This document shows positions 52,033 through 61,732 of a stretch of DNA of 64,000 nt, piece after piece. Each line of letters opens with the position of its first letter. Position 1 is the stretch's first letter. The translations under genes and the position numbers were made by a program. Under the pieces are notes generated by a model, which was not told where the DNA came from, ran no database searches, and saw only the letters and a program-made list of their open reading frames with translations. Source of the stretch: an uncultured delta proteobacterium (lineage in GTDB: Bacteria > Desulfobacterota > Binatia > UBA9968); assembly GCA_963847445.1 (NCBI GenBank), contig CAWJZV010000004.1, positions 96,001-160,000 on the forward strand. Direction: 5' to 3'.

Positions 52033-53551
52033 CTAACGTAGATGGAAGAGGCCAGCACTAACGTAGGTTGGCATTAATTCGCGCCCTATTCTGCCAAACA
52101 CCCGAAAATACATTTCCGCCAGCGCCGGCTCCATGCTGCGCGCGGCGGCGAGTTCTCTTTGCATCGATGGCTCAAGACGGGTGCGGGCGTCCTCGGCGCG
52201 CTTGAGCACTTCCATCTCGTCGACTTTGGTCAGTCGCCCGCCTTCAACGACGATTTCGCCGTTGACTAACACCGTATCGACGTTGCTGCCGTTCTCGCAG
52301 AAGACAATCTGATTGACGACATCGTTCAGCGGCCGGTACGCCGGCGTGTCGCGGCGCAGCAGAACGATGTCGGCGAGCTTTCCCGGCGCGATCACGCCGG
52401 CATCCAGACCAAAGGCGCGGGCGCCGTTGCGCGTCGCCATGGCCAAGCGCTTGCGCGGGCGTGACCCACTGATTGAAATCGCTGCCGGCATGGTTGTGAA
52501 TCAGCGAAACCAGACGCGCCGCGTCGAACATGTTTTGGTTGTCGTTGGAGGCCGCGCCATCGGTGCCTAATCCGACATTCACGCCGGCGGCGAGAAACTC
52601 CTTTACCTTCGCGAGGCCGCTGCCGATGCGCAGGTTGCTCGCCGGGTTGTGCACCGGCGTGGCGCCGCGCTTGGCGAACAGCTCGACATCGGCGTCTTCG
52701 ATCCAGATCGAATGGGCGCAGGAGAGATTGGCGCTGACGATGCCGAGCGAATCGAGATGCTGCAATAGCGAATGGCCGTAGATACTATTGCCCTGAACCT
52801 GCTGCGCTTTGGTTTCGGCAAGATGGATATGCAGCGGCAAGTTGTTCTTGCGCGCGATTTCGGCGCAACCTTGCAGCAACTCATCGGTGCAGCGCTGCAC
52901 CGCGGACGGGCCGGGACATGCGGTCGTGAGCTTTTCCGGCGCATGAAACGTCGCGATAAACTCTTCGCACTCGTCGAGCCAAGCTTGGGTAGATTTCGCC
53001 TCGCTGGCGCTCATGCGCTTGAGTTCGTCGTTCAAGCTCGCGTCGGTTTGACCGAGCGGGATGGTGTCTTCGTAGTTCTTGTCGGTCACCGTCAGCGCCG
53101 CGACGTGGCGCAGGCCGAGATCGCGCATCGCCTGGATCGCCGCCCCCGCGCCCATGAAGCGGCATGCCGCGCTGCCGGCGAAGTGATCGAGCACGGTGGT
53201 CGCGCCGTTCTTGAGCATCTCCATGCCGCCCAAGAGCGCGCTGGCGTAAAAGTCATCTTCGCGCATGTCGCGCAGCGACGCCCGGTAATAGGCGCGCCAA
53301 ATCTCCAGCGGCTTGCTCGGCATCATGCCGCGCACCAGATTGGCCGCCGAGTGGCAGTGCGCATTCACCATGCCGGGCAGCGCAATCATGCGGTCGGCGT
53401 CGATAACTTTGTCGAACGGCCCGTCCGGCGTCCACTCGGCCGGACCGGCAAAAACGATGCGGTTGCCGTCGATAACGATGCCGCCTTTATCGATGACATC
53501 GTTCTGCTCGTTCATGGTCACGAGCAGCGGATTGCGAATCAAAGTTTTCAT
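52033..53551 (-). CDS. Metal-dependent amidohydrolase/deaminase (AtzA/SsnA/MTA-SAH deaminase-like; frameshift near 52450)
   Basis: PGMVNAHCH, G.TTV.DH, HIHLAET, AHSIW, HNPASNLRIGSG, LGTDG, GKLADIV. Confidence 0.9.
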
Positions 53552-53569
53552 AAAGACCTCAGAGAAAAA

Positions 53570-53611
53570 GGGACAGACAACTTTTCATAATCGTTGAAAA
53601 GTAGCTGTCCC
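53570..53611. repeat. Palindromic element (GGGACAG...CTGTCCC)
   Basis: gggacagacaacttttca taatcgt tgaaaagtagctgtccc. Confidence 0.7.
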
Positions 53612-53623
53612 ATCGTCCGAACG

Positions 53624-53668
53624 TTGAACTTTTGAACCTTGAACCCTTGAACGGCGCGCAACGCGCGC
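53624..53668. repeat. TTGAAC tandem repeat plus GC hairpin
   Basis: ttgaactt ttgaacc ttgaaccc ttgaac ggcgcgcaacgcgcgcc; related to 16808. Confidence 0.8.
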
Positions 53669-54337
53669 CTACACGAAACCCATCTTGCGGCCCCAGTTCT
53701 CCGGGTCCTTCAAGAAGTCGATGATCTGTGAATTTTGTTCCGCGGTGAAGTAGTGCTTGCTCGTGCCGGTGTCCAAGACATCGTCCCAGTTTGCCAGCAC
53801 ATGGAGCGCAATGTCGTTCTTCGCAAGACTCTCTCGCCCTTCATGCTGATTGAGCCGGTCCGAAGCATAGTCGAACACGCACAAGCAATGGGTCATCTTG
53901 GCGCCCGCCCCGCGCACGCCGATGTTGAAGCGCAGCTTGCTCAAGCCATCGGTGATCAAATCCTCGACCAAGAGCACGCGCTTGCCCGGTTCGAGAATGC
54001 CTTCGATCTGCTTGGTGCCGCCGTAGCCTTTGGGCTGCTTGCGGATATAGATCATCGGCTTCTTGACGATATGCGCGACAAACGCCGCGTAAGGAATGCC
54101 CGCGGTCTCGCCGCCGGCGACGACGTCGAAGTTATCGAGACCGATGTCGGTTTCCGCCATCTTCGCCAGCGCCGTGACGATGTATTCACGCTCCGCGGCG
54201 AACGACAACAGCTTGCGGCAGTCGATGTAGACCGGCGAGATTCGCCCGGAGACGAACACGTACGGCTTGTCGTTGTAAACCGCGATCGACTCCGTCGACA
54301 GCAGCATCTCGGCAACTTTCTTGGACACTTCGCTCAT
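53669..54337 (-). CDS. pyrE: Orotate phosphoribosyltransferase
   Basis: SGRISPVYIDCR, VAGGETAGIP, IRKQPKGYG...QIEG, VLLVEDLITDG.S. Confidence 0.92.
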   Translation of the reverse strand: MSEVSKKVAEMLLSTESIAVYNDKPYVFVSGRISPVYIDCRKLLSFAAEREYIVTALAKMAETDIGLDNFDVVAGGETAGIPYAAFVAHIVKKPMIYIRKQPKGYGGTKQIEGILEPGKRVLLVEDLITDGLSKLRFNIGVRGAGAKMTHCLCVFDYASDRLNQHEGRESLAKNDIALHVLANWDDVLDTGTSKHYFTAEQNSQIIDFLKDPENWGRKMGFV

Positions 54338-54442
54338 GGAAAAACCTCGCAGATTTTTGGACTAAGGCAAGGTCATAACATAGCGATTTTGCATTGCCAA
54401 CGCTGGCGGTGACAAAGCGGGAGGATAAGGTGATAGACCGAA

Positions 54443-54526
54443 CTCACCACGAAGACACCGAAGCCGCACGAAGTTCGGAAACGGATTTCCGCAAAACCAT
54501 CGTGCACTTCGTGCCTTCGTGGTGAG
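54443..54526. repeat. Palindromic CACGAAG-type element
   Basis: ctcaccacgaagacaccgaagccgcacgaagttcgga ... tcgtgcacttcgtgccttcgtggtgag. Confidence 0.82.
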
Positions 54527-54637
54527 ACAGAATTTATTCGGCGACGGCGATAATCGCGGAATGGGCAGAAAGCGAGACAATCCCCGACGCTGCAAGGATA
54601 GCCGACGCTATCCCGCAGCATGGGTATCAGAGGTAAA

Positions 54638-54760
54638 TCATTTTGCCTTGATGGAAAACCCCCTGGTCTCTTTCTTGGCGCGTTTTTCCGCGCGCTTTTC
54701 CATCATCGTTTTCTGCGGTTTCTTCTTTCCTTGTTTCTTCGAGTCCATGCCTTTACTCAT
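54638..54760 (-). CDS. Small Lys-rich protein, 40 aa
   Basis: TAAGGAGG RBS; MSKGMDSKKQGKKKPQKTMMEKRAEKRAKKETRGFSIKAK. Confidence 0.75.
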   Translation of the reverse strand: MSKGMDSKKQGKKKPQKTMMEKRAEKRAKKETRGFSIKAK

Positions 54761-54855
54761 ATGCGTCCCTCCTTATGATGCCTGGGTTTGAAAGGCGTTG
54801 CGTAACCGCACGCGCCGCGTCGATATCATTCACCTCCTCATCCACACCACCACAA

Positions 54856-55201
54856 CTACTTTCCACAGCAGTTTTTGAATTTTTTGCCGCTGCCACAGGA
54901 GCAGGGTTCGTTGCGCCCGACTTTCTTTGCCACGACCGTCGGTTTCTGCGGATGCAGCAACCGCTCCAGATCGCCGACATCCTCGGCCTTGTCCGGCTCG
55001 ATACTGATGCGACATTCCCAACCATGCTTGCGCGAACGTCGCGCTCACTTCCTTGAATCGCAGCTCCGACTGAACCCGCACAACCGCCGGATTCTTCTCG
55101 CTGCCGAGCTTGGCGGTTTTCTTCATGCCAAAAGTATTTACCCGGCTGTCCGCGTCGACACTGCTGCGCATCGTCCCAATATCACTGATTCGATTGCTCA
55201 T
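54856..55201 (-). CDS. SEC-C metal-binding motif protein (PBPRA1643-like; frameshift near 55025)
   Basis: [52 protein letters not shown]. Confidence 0.8.
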
Positions 55202-55279
55202 GGGCCTATTATTTCAGTTATTGCCGCACTTAGCTATACAAGTCGTATCTCTTGCTGCTCGATCAGAGAAAAGACTTTC

Positions 55280-55411
55280 AACCACGCAAGGCACGAAATG
55301 GTTAAACTCCCGACCGACTCTTCACCTCATCAGGTCAATCATCTCGGAGATGTTCCAACCACGTAAAACACGTACCACACGAAATACCCGACAATTCGCG
55401 CCTATGTGGTT
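55280..55411. repeat. Degenerate AACCACG.../...TGTGGTT element
   Basis: aaccacgcaaggcacgaaat; aaccacgtaaaacacgtaccacacgaaat ... ttcgcgcctatgtggtt. Confidence 0.55.
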
Positions 55412-55421
55412 ACGTCTCTTC

Positions 55422-56415
55422 CTACGGCCGCAGCTTATACTTCCGCTCGATCTCCTCGACATAGCCGCTCTTCACCACCTTGGTCAGGATACGCTGATCG
55501 AGCAGCTCCTCGACGTTGAAATTTTTTATCTTCGGATCGCGCAGAGCGATGACCTCCTGGGCGGTCTTCAGACCCTCTGGGTGTGACGAAGGTGTACGAC
55601 GGTCAGGTCTTCGAGAAGCAATTTGTAACCCAGCTCGGCGAGCTGGCGGTCGACCTTGATATATTTTTGCAGCAGCGCGACGCCGCGCTCTTTATTCGCG
55701 CGCATGAACGCGCTCGCTTCGATCATGGTTTTGATGAAGTTCTCGATGGTCTGCGGATTCTTCAGCACAAAAGCCTCGGCGCACATGAAGGGGCTTGAAG
55801 GCAGGGCGTATCTTGCTCAAGTCGAGCAACGCTTTCACTCCCAGAGTTTGCAGCCGCGCCGACTGCAATTTATCCAACGCGGCGCCGTCGATGATGCCAG
55901 ATGCCAATGACTGGGCGATCACGGTGCTGTCGCCGATCGCTTGGATGCTGATGTTGTCCCTTTGCGGGTCGAGACCCATTTCGCGCAGCGACAGCATGGT
56001 GAGACTCCAGAGCAGACCGCTGAAGTCCTGCACGCCGATTTTCTTGCCGCGCAAATCGCTGGGTTTGGTGATCGACGGCGCCGACCAGAAAATCGTAGGA
56101 AGCCCGTTCGGCGAACAGCGACATGATGATCTTGAGCTTGGCGCCTTGGGCGGCGGCTGTCAGCATACTCGAGGCGCTGCCGCGGACGAACTGCACTTCG
56201 TTGGAGACCAGCGCCGTGACTTGGATCGGCGCGCTGCGCACGGCGACTAGGTCGGCTTCAAGTCCATGCTTGGCGAAGAGGCCTTCCTCTTTGGCAAGCC
56301 ACACCGGCGTCCCCGAAGCGGCCACGCCGGAATAGGCGATGCGAATCGACTCGGCGCGCACCGGCGCGGCCCATAGCATTAGAACAGCGATCAGCAAGAG
56401 TCTGGTAGCGACCAT
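55422..56415 (-). CDS. ABC substrate-binding protein, TauA/SsuA-like (frameshifted)
   Basis: Signal peptide, IRIAYSG, WLAKEEGLFAKHGL, LRGKKIGV, SG.IDGA. Confidence 0.87.
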
Positions 56416-56585
56416 GGCGACTATCCTCCCTGCACAGGTTACGAGAGATATTGGGAACCAAGCGTTGCTAATGGCCGCTTCTAACATGAGGCCGGTTCGC
56501 CTGACAATGACAATCGCTCTCCCCGGTCACCGGCACGAAAAATTTGAATTCTCAGGGACGCCGGAAACTGCTAGAGTGACTGCGA

Positions 56586-57878
56586 ATGAAACGCCTGCCC
56601 ACGGCAAACGGTCCATCCGCCCTGCCCGCCATCAACCAGCGCCGTCTCATGCGCGACTTGAACGCCATCGGCCGCATCGGCATCGGCAACCGCGGCGGCG
56701 TTACGCGTCTGGTATTTTCCATCAAAGAACTGCGCAGCCGGCAGGTATTGATCCACCTGATGCGCCAGGCCGGATTGAAAATCTACATCGACGCCATCGG
56801 CAACATCTTCGGCCGGCTCGAAGGCCGCGATGCAAAAGCGCCGGCGGTGCTGTCGGGCTCGCACTTGGACACGGTGATTCATGGCGGCAAGTATGACGGC
56901 CCGGTGGGCGTCATCGGCGCGCTGGAGGCGGTGCGCACCATCGGCGAGAATAAAATTCCAATCCGCTCGCCGCTGGAGGTCGTCTGCTTCGTCGGCGAGG
57001 AGTCGAGCCGCTTTGGCTTCTCGACCCTCGGCAGCAGCCTGGTGGCCGGCGAAGTCCATGCGAAAGATCTTGCCAACGCGGTCGACGCCCAGGGAACCAA
57101 GCTCGCCGATGTACTGTCAAGCCTTGGCATCGCGGCGAAAAGCTTGCGCGGCCTCGCCCGCGATCCGAAAAGCCTCAAGGCCTATCTCGAACTGCACATC
57201 GAACAGGGGCCGATCCTCGAAGCCATCGGCAAACGCATCGGCCTGGTCACATCCATCGCCGCACCGAGCCGATTCAAAGTCATCTTCACCGGCCAGGCCG
57301 ACCACTCCGGCACGACACCGATGGAGATGCGCAAAGACGCCCTGGTCGCCGCGGCGCTGCTGATCGAGTTCATCGAAACAACCTGCCGCCGGTTCTCGTC
57401 CATGGCCAAAGGCCGCGTCGTCGGCACCGTCGGCGCCATGAAGATCGAACCTGGCGTCATCAACGCCGTGCCGGGAAGAACCGAACTGCTGGTCGATATC
57501 CGCGCCATCACCGCCCAAGCGAAAAACCGCGTCGCCCGCTTGGTCAAGGCGCAAGCGCAGCATATCGCGCGCCAGCGCGCCATCGGCGTCGAAGTCCTGA
57601 CTATACGCGAAGAAGATCCCGTGCCGCTGGATAAGCGCCTCTTGCGGCTGACCCGGCAAATCTGCGATGCAAAACAAATCATCTATGAGATCATGCCGTC
57701 GGGCGCCGGCCACGACGCCATGCAGATGGCCAAGATCACTCCGGCGGGGATGATATTCATTCCCAGCCAACGCGGCATCAGCCACAACCCGCTCGAATGG
57801 ACCGATCCCGACGACATCGGCCTGGGCGCCCAATTACTCATGGAAACGATGATCCGAGTCGCCAATGAAAAACTCTAA
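56586..57878 (+). CDS. M20 Zn-dependent N-carbamoyl-amino-acid / allantoate amidohydrolase
   Basis: GSHLDTV..GGKYDG.VGV, EESSRF, ELHIEQGP.L, DHSGTTPM..RKDA, NAVPG, SGAGHDA, GISHNP.E. Confidence 0.93.
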   Translation: MKRLPTANGPSALPAINQRRLMRDLNAIGRIGIGNRGGVTRLVFSIKELRSRQVLIHLMRQAGLKIYIDAIGNIFGRLEGRDAKAPAVLSGSHLDTVIHGGKYDGPVGVIGALEAVRTIGENKIPIRSPLEVVCFVGEESSRFGFSTLGSSLVAGEVHAKDLANAVDAQGTKLADVLSSLGIAAKSLRGLARDPKSLKAYLELHIEQGPILEAIGKRIGLVTSIAAPSRFKVIFTGQADHSGTTPMEMRKDALVAAALLIEFIETTCRRFSSMAKGRVVGTVGAMKIEPGVINAVPGRTELLVDIRAITAQAKNRVARLVKAQAQHIARQRAIGVEVLTIREEDPVPLDKRLLRLTRQICDAKQIIYEIMPSGAGHDAMQMAKITPAGMIFIPSQRGISHNPLEWTDPDDIGLGAQLLMETMIRVANEKL

Positions 57879-58407
57879 GAGCAAAAAGAAACGCATCCTC
57901 AACGCCGGGCAAATCAAAGTCATCCTCGAACGCTTCGCCCGCGAGATGGCCAAGCAATATGGCAGCTTCGATCAAGTGGCGTTCATCGGTGTGCGCACCC
58001 GCGGGCCTTACATCGCCAAACGGCTGGCCGAGATCGTCAAGAAGCGCCACGGCAAGGAGATCCCCATCGGCGAGATGGACATCACGCTCTACCGCGACGA
58101 TTTGAACGCGCTCCTGCCCGGCGGCACCATCGATCACACGCGCATTCCCTTCGATATCGCCAACAAGATCGTCGTGCTCTTCGATGACGTCTTGAACACC
58201 GGCCGCACCGTGCGCGCGGCGGTGGATCACTTGATCGACCTCGGCCGCCCGCGCATGATCCACCTGGCGGTCATGATCGACCGCGGCGGCCGCGAACTGC
58301 CGATCGCCGCCAACTACGTCGGCAAGAGGATCGATTTAAAAGCCGGCGGCAACGTCGAAGTCAGGCTGAAAGAAGTCGACAGGACCGAGGAAGTATTGGT
58401 GGAGTGA
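57865..58407 (+). CDS. pyrR: PyrR (pyrimidine attenuation regulator / UPRTase), variant
   Basis: GVRTRG, DITLYRDD, DDVL.TGRTVRAA, GRP..I.LAV.IDRG.RELPI..NYVGK. Confidence 0.9.
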   Translation: MKNSKSKKKRILNAGQIKVILERFAREMAKQYGSFDQVAFIGVRTRGPYIAKRLAEIVKKRHGKEIPIGEMDITLYRDDLNALLPGGTIDHTRIPFDIANKIVVLFDDVLNTGRTVRAAVDHLIDLGRPRMIHLAVMIDRGGRELPIAANYVGKRIDLKAGGNVEVRLKEVDRTEEVLVE

Positions 58408-58498
58408 GGAAAGATCTTATTCGCCACGGACGGCAACGTTTATGCGCGCTGAGCGGATGAATTAACCGCATTGTAACAATTAGACTTGACACAGCTGG

Positions 58499-58535
58499 GC
58501 CCTCGTGGTGACTTACCGCCACGAGGGCTTTTTTT
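58499..58535 (+). terminator. Intrinsic terminator immediately upstream of the next RBS
   Basis: gccctcgtgg-N10-ccacgagggc followed by T7. Confidence 0.82.
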
Positions 58536-58552
58536 CACCTTAGGAGGTTAAT

Positions 58553-59872
58553 ATGCGTCGAACAATGTTCATTTTAGTGACTGCGTTTCTCGGTTTCGTC
58601 TTTGACACCGCCTCAGCCAGAGACGTCGTCATCGTCACCTCGTTCCCCAAGGAGCTGTTCGAGACCTACAAAAAAACCTTTGAAGCGAAACATCCCGGCA
58701 CCACGGTGGTCATCAACAGCAAGCAAACCAATGCCGGCGTCACTTACCTGCGCGAGACCAAGGCGAAACCCGAAGCGGATATCTTTTGGGTCAGCGCGCC
58801 GGATGCGTTTCAGACCCTCGACACCGACGGCCTGTTGGAGAAGTACGCGCCGCCCAAGGAGATCATGGCCAAGATCCCGGCCAAGATCGGCAACTTTCCG
58901 GTCCACGATCCCGACGGCAAATATTTCGGCTTCGCCATCAGCGGCTACGGTTTGATGTGGAATAAAAATTACATGAAAGCGCACAAGCTGCCGCCGCCCA
59001 AGGAGTGGACCGACTTGACCCAGGCGCGCTACTACAATCATCTGATCATCAGCGCGCCGTCGCGCAGCGGCACCACGCACCTGACCGTCGAGACCATCCT
59101 GCAAGCCTATGGCTGGGACAAAGGCTGGGCGCTGCTCCTCAACGCCGGCGGCAACATGGGCAGCATTACCGAGCGCAGCTTCGGTGTCCCCGAGGCGGTC
59201 ATCAGCGGCCAATACGGCGTCGGCGTGGTCATTGATTTTTTTGGCCTGTCGGCCATCGCCAGCGGCCAGCCGGTGGAGTTCGCCTATCCGTCGTTGACCT
59301 CCGTGGTGCCGGCCAGCGTCGGCATCGTCAAAGGCGGTCCCAACCCGCAGGAGGCGCGCGCTTTCGTCAATTACCTTCTCAGCGAAGCGGGACAGACCGT
59401 GTTGTTCGCCCCGGAGATCGCGCGATTGCCGGTGATCCCGGAGCTCTACGCCAAAGCGCCCAAGGATTATCCCAATCCGTTCAAGAAAAAACTCGGCGGC
59501 GTCGAATTCAACGACGAGCTGTCATCGAGTAGGCGCGACGTAGTGAACTCGCTGTACGACCACATCATCACCTTCCGCCACAAAGAGCTGCGCGAAGCCT
59601 GGAAGAGCATTTACAGCGCCGAAGAAGCCCTGGCAAAGAGCAAAGCGACCAGCGCAGCCCAGGGGAAATCGCTGATCGCCGACGCCCGAAAATTCGCGAC
59701 TCAAATGCCGATCAACGACAAGCGCGCCGCCGACAAGGAAGTCAGCCGGCGCCTTCAGGTCCAAGTCCGGCCTCAAATCCCAGCTCGAAACCGAATGGGA
59801 AAACGCCGCCCGCGGCAACTACAGCAAAGCCAAAGAGCTGGCGGAAAAAGCCCTGAGCATTGGCGAAATAGT
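58553..59872 (+). CDS. ABC substrate-binding protein, PgtC/AfuA-like (frameshift near 59748; 3' end approximate)
   Basis: Signal peptide, VTSFPKE, DIFW.SAPDAF, SAPSRSGTTHL.VE..LQ..GW..GW, RSFGVP, IDFF. Confidence 0.85.
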
Positions 59873-59901
59873 TTCAACGACGAGAAAGCAAATCGGATTT
59901 C

Positions 59902-60005
59902 CTCCCGCAAAGGCGCAAAGCACGCTAAGTTCGGAGAACGAGGTAGAATTGCTCCCCGGACAATTTTATTTTCCGAACTTAGCGATCTTTGCGCCTTTGC
60001 GGGAG
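59902..60005. repeat. Palindromic CGCAAAG-type element
   Basis: ctcccgcaaaggcgcaaagcacgctaagttcgga ... tccgaacttagcgatctttgcgcctttgcgggag. Confidence 0.88.
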
Positions 60006-60023
60006 ATATTCCGGGACTGACCC

Positions 60024-61730
60024 ATGGCGTTAACCACAATCGCGGTCACTGCACCGCCGCGCCAACGCATCGACTGGTGGCAAGGCGGCATCATGGCGAT
60101 GCTCCTGGCCATCCTCACCGCGTTCATTCTCTACCCCGTGCTCCGGGTCCTGTGGATCTCCGTCACCGACGATGAGAGCAGTTTTACCCTAATTCACTTC
60201 GGCAACTTTTTTCGCCGGCCGCTGTTTCGCGAAGCGCTGTGGAACACTTTGTCGAGCGGCTTTCTCGTCGTCGTCTTTAGCGCTCTACTGGCTTTGCCGC
60301 TGGCCTACGTGCTGGCGCGCTATGAATTTCGCGGCAAGCTGCTGCTGCAAACCGCCGCGACTCTGCCGTTGGTGATTCCGCCTTTCGTTGGCGCGGTGGC
60401 GCTGCAATTGATTTTAGGGCGCAGCGGCATGGTCAACCTGCTGCTACGAGACTGGTTCGATATTTCGATCCCGTTCATGGAAGGGCTCACCGGCGTCGTT
60501 CTGGTGCAGACGCTGCACTTTTTTCCGTTCATACTGCTCAACACCGTGGTGTCGCTGTCGAACATCGACGCGTCCCTCGAAGAGATGGCGCAGAATCTCG
60601 GCTGCCATGGCTTTCGCCTGTTCCGCCGGGTGACTTTGCCGCTGATGCTGCCGGGCTTCATCGCCGGCGCGCTTCTGACGTTCATCCGCGCCATCGACGA
60701 CCTCGGCACGCCGCTGATGTTGAACTACAAAAATCTGCTGGCGCCCCAGGCGTATCTGCGCATCACCACCATCGGCATGGACGATGTCGACGGCTATGTC
60801 GTCTGCGTCGTGTTGGTGGTGCTTTCGATGGTAACGCTCTTGGCGGCGCGCAAATACCTGAGCCTGGCGGAATACGCCACGGTGCAGCGCGCCGCGCCGA
60901 TCTCGCGTCAATTGCAAGGCAAGCATCTCGCGCTCGTTTGGCTCGTCATCGCGGTCATCCTCGGCATTAGCCTCTTGCCGCACATCGGCATCGTCCTGCT
61001 GTCGTTCGCCAAGGTCTGGAGCTTTTCGTTGTTGCCGACAACCTATACTCTCGGCAATTACGAAGAAATCTTGTTTCGCGTGCCGCACTTCGTCATCAAT
61101 ACCTTGATCTACACGCTGCTCGCCGCCGCCCTCGACATCCTCCTCGGCGCCGCCATCGCCTTTCTACTACTGCGCACCGGCGTGCCGGGGCGCAATGTTC
61201 TCGACGCCATCGCGACCATGCCGCTGGCGATTCCCGGCGTGGTGCTGGCGGTCGGCTATTTGCGCGTGTTCCACGGCTGGGACTTCCCCGGTCTCGGCGC
61301 GCCGCTGACCTCGTCGTGGGTAATACTCGTGGTCGCCTATACCATGCGCCGCCTGCCCTACACCGTGCGCGCCTGCTACGCCGCGTTGCAGCAAGTCCAT
61401 ATTACCCTCGAAGAGTCGGCGCAAAACTTGGGCGCCAACCGCTTCCGCACCTTCGTGAAAATCACCTTGCCGATGATTAGCGGCGGCCTGGTCGCCGGCG
61501 GGCTGATTGCCTTCGTAACTTCCTGCGTCGAATTGGCCTCGACCATCATGCTCGTGCCGCGCATTGAATTGGGGCCGATCTCCTACGGCATCTATCTCTA
61601 CATGCAGAGTCCGCTGGGGCGCGGCGCCGGCGCGGCGTTGGGCGTGGTCGCCATCCTCCTGGTTTCCCTCGGCACCTATCTCACCCACCGGGTCTTTGGC
61701 GCGCGCGCCGGCAGTGCATTTCGGGTGTAA
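60024..61730 (+). CDS. ABC permease, FbpB-like
   Basis: PPFVGA, LEEMAQNLG, DDLGTPL, LEESAQNLGA, multi-TM. Confidence 0.92.
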   Translation: MALTTIAVTAPPRQRIDWWQGGIMAMLLAILTAFILYPVLRVLWISVTDDESSFTLIHFGNFFRRPLFREALWNTLSSGFLVVVFSALLALPLAYVLARYEFRGKLLLQTAATLPLVIPPFVGAVALQLILGRSGMVNLLLRDWFDISIPFMEGLTGVVLVQTLHFFPFILLNTVVSLSNIDASLEEMAQNLGCHGFRLFRRVTLPLMLPGFIAGALLTFIRAIDDLGTPLMLNYKNLLAPQAYLRITTIGMDDVDGYVVCVVLVVLSMVTLLAARKYLSLAEYATVQRAAPISRQLQGKHLALVWLVIAVILGISLLPHIGIVLLSFAKVWSFSLLPTTYTLGNYEEILFRVPHFVINTLIYTLLAAALDILLGAAIAFLLLRTGVPGRNVLDAIATMPLAIPGVVLAVGYLRVFHGWDFPGLGAPLTSSWVILVVAYTMRRLPYTVRACYAALQQVHITLEESAQNLGANRFRTFVKITLPMISGGLVAGGLIAFVTSCVELASTIMLVPRIELGPISYGIYLYMQSPLGRGAGAALGVVAILLVSLGTYLTHRVFGARAGSAFRV

Positions 61731-61732
61731 CC

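Noticed and set aside
58408-58552. PyrR-binding attenuator
   Set aside because: No ARUCCNGNGAGGYU-like binding loop is visible upstream of the terminator or of pyrE.
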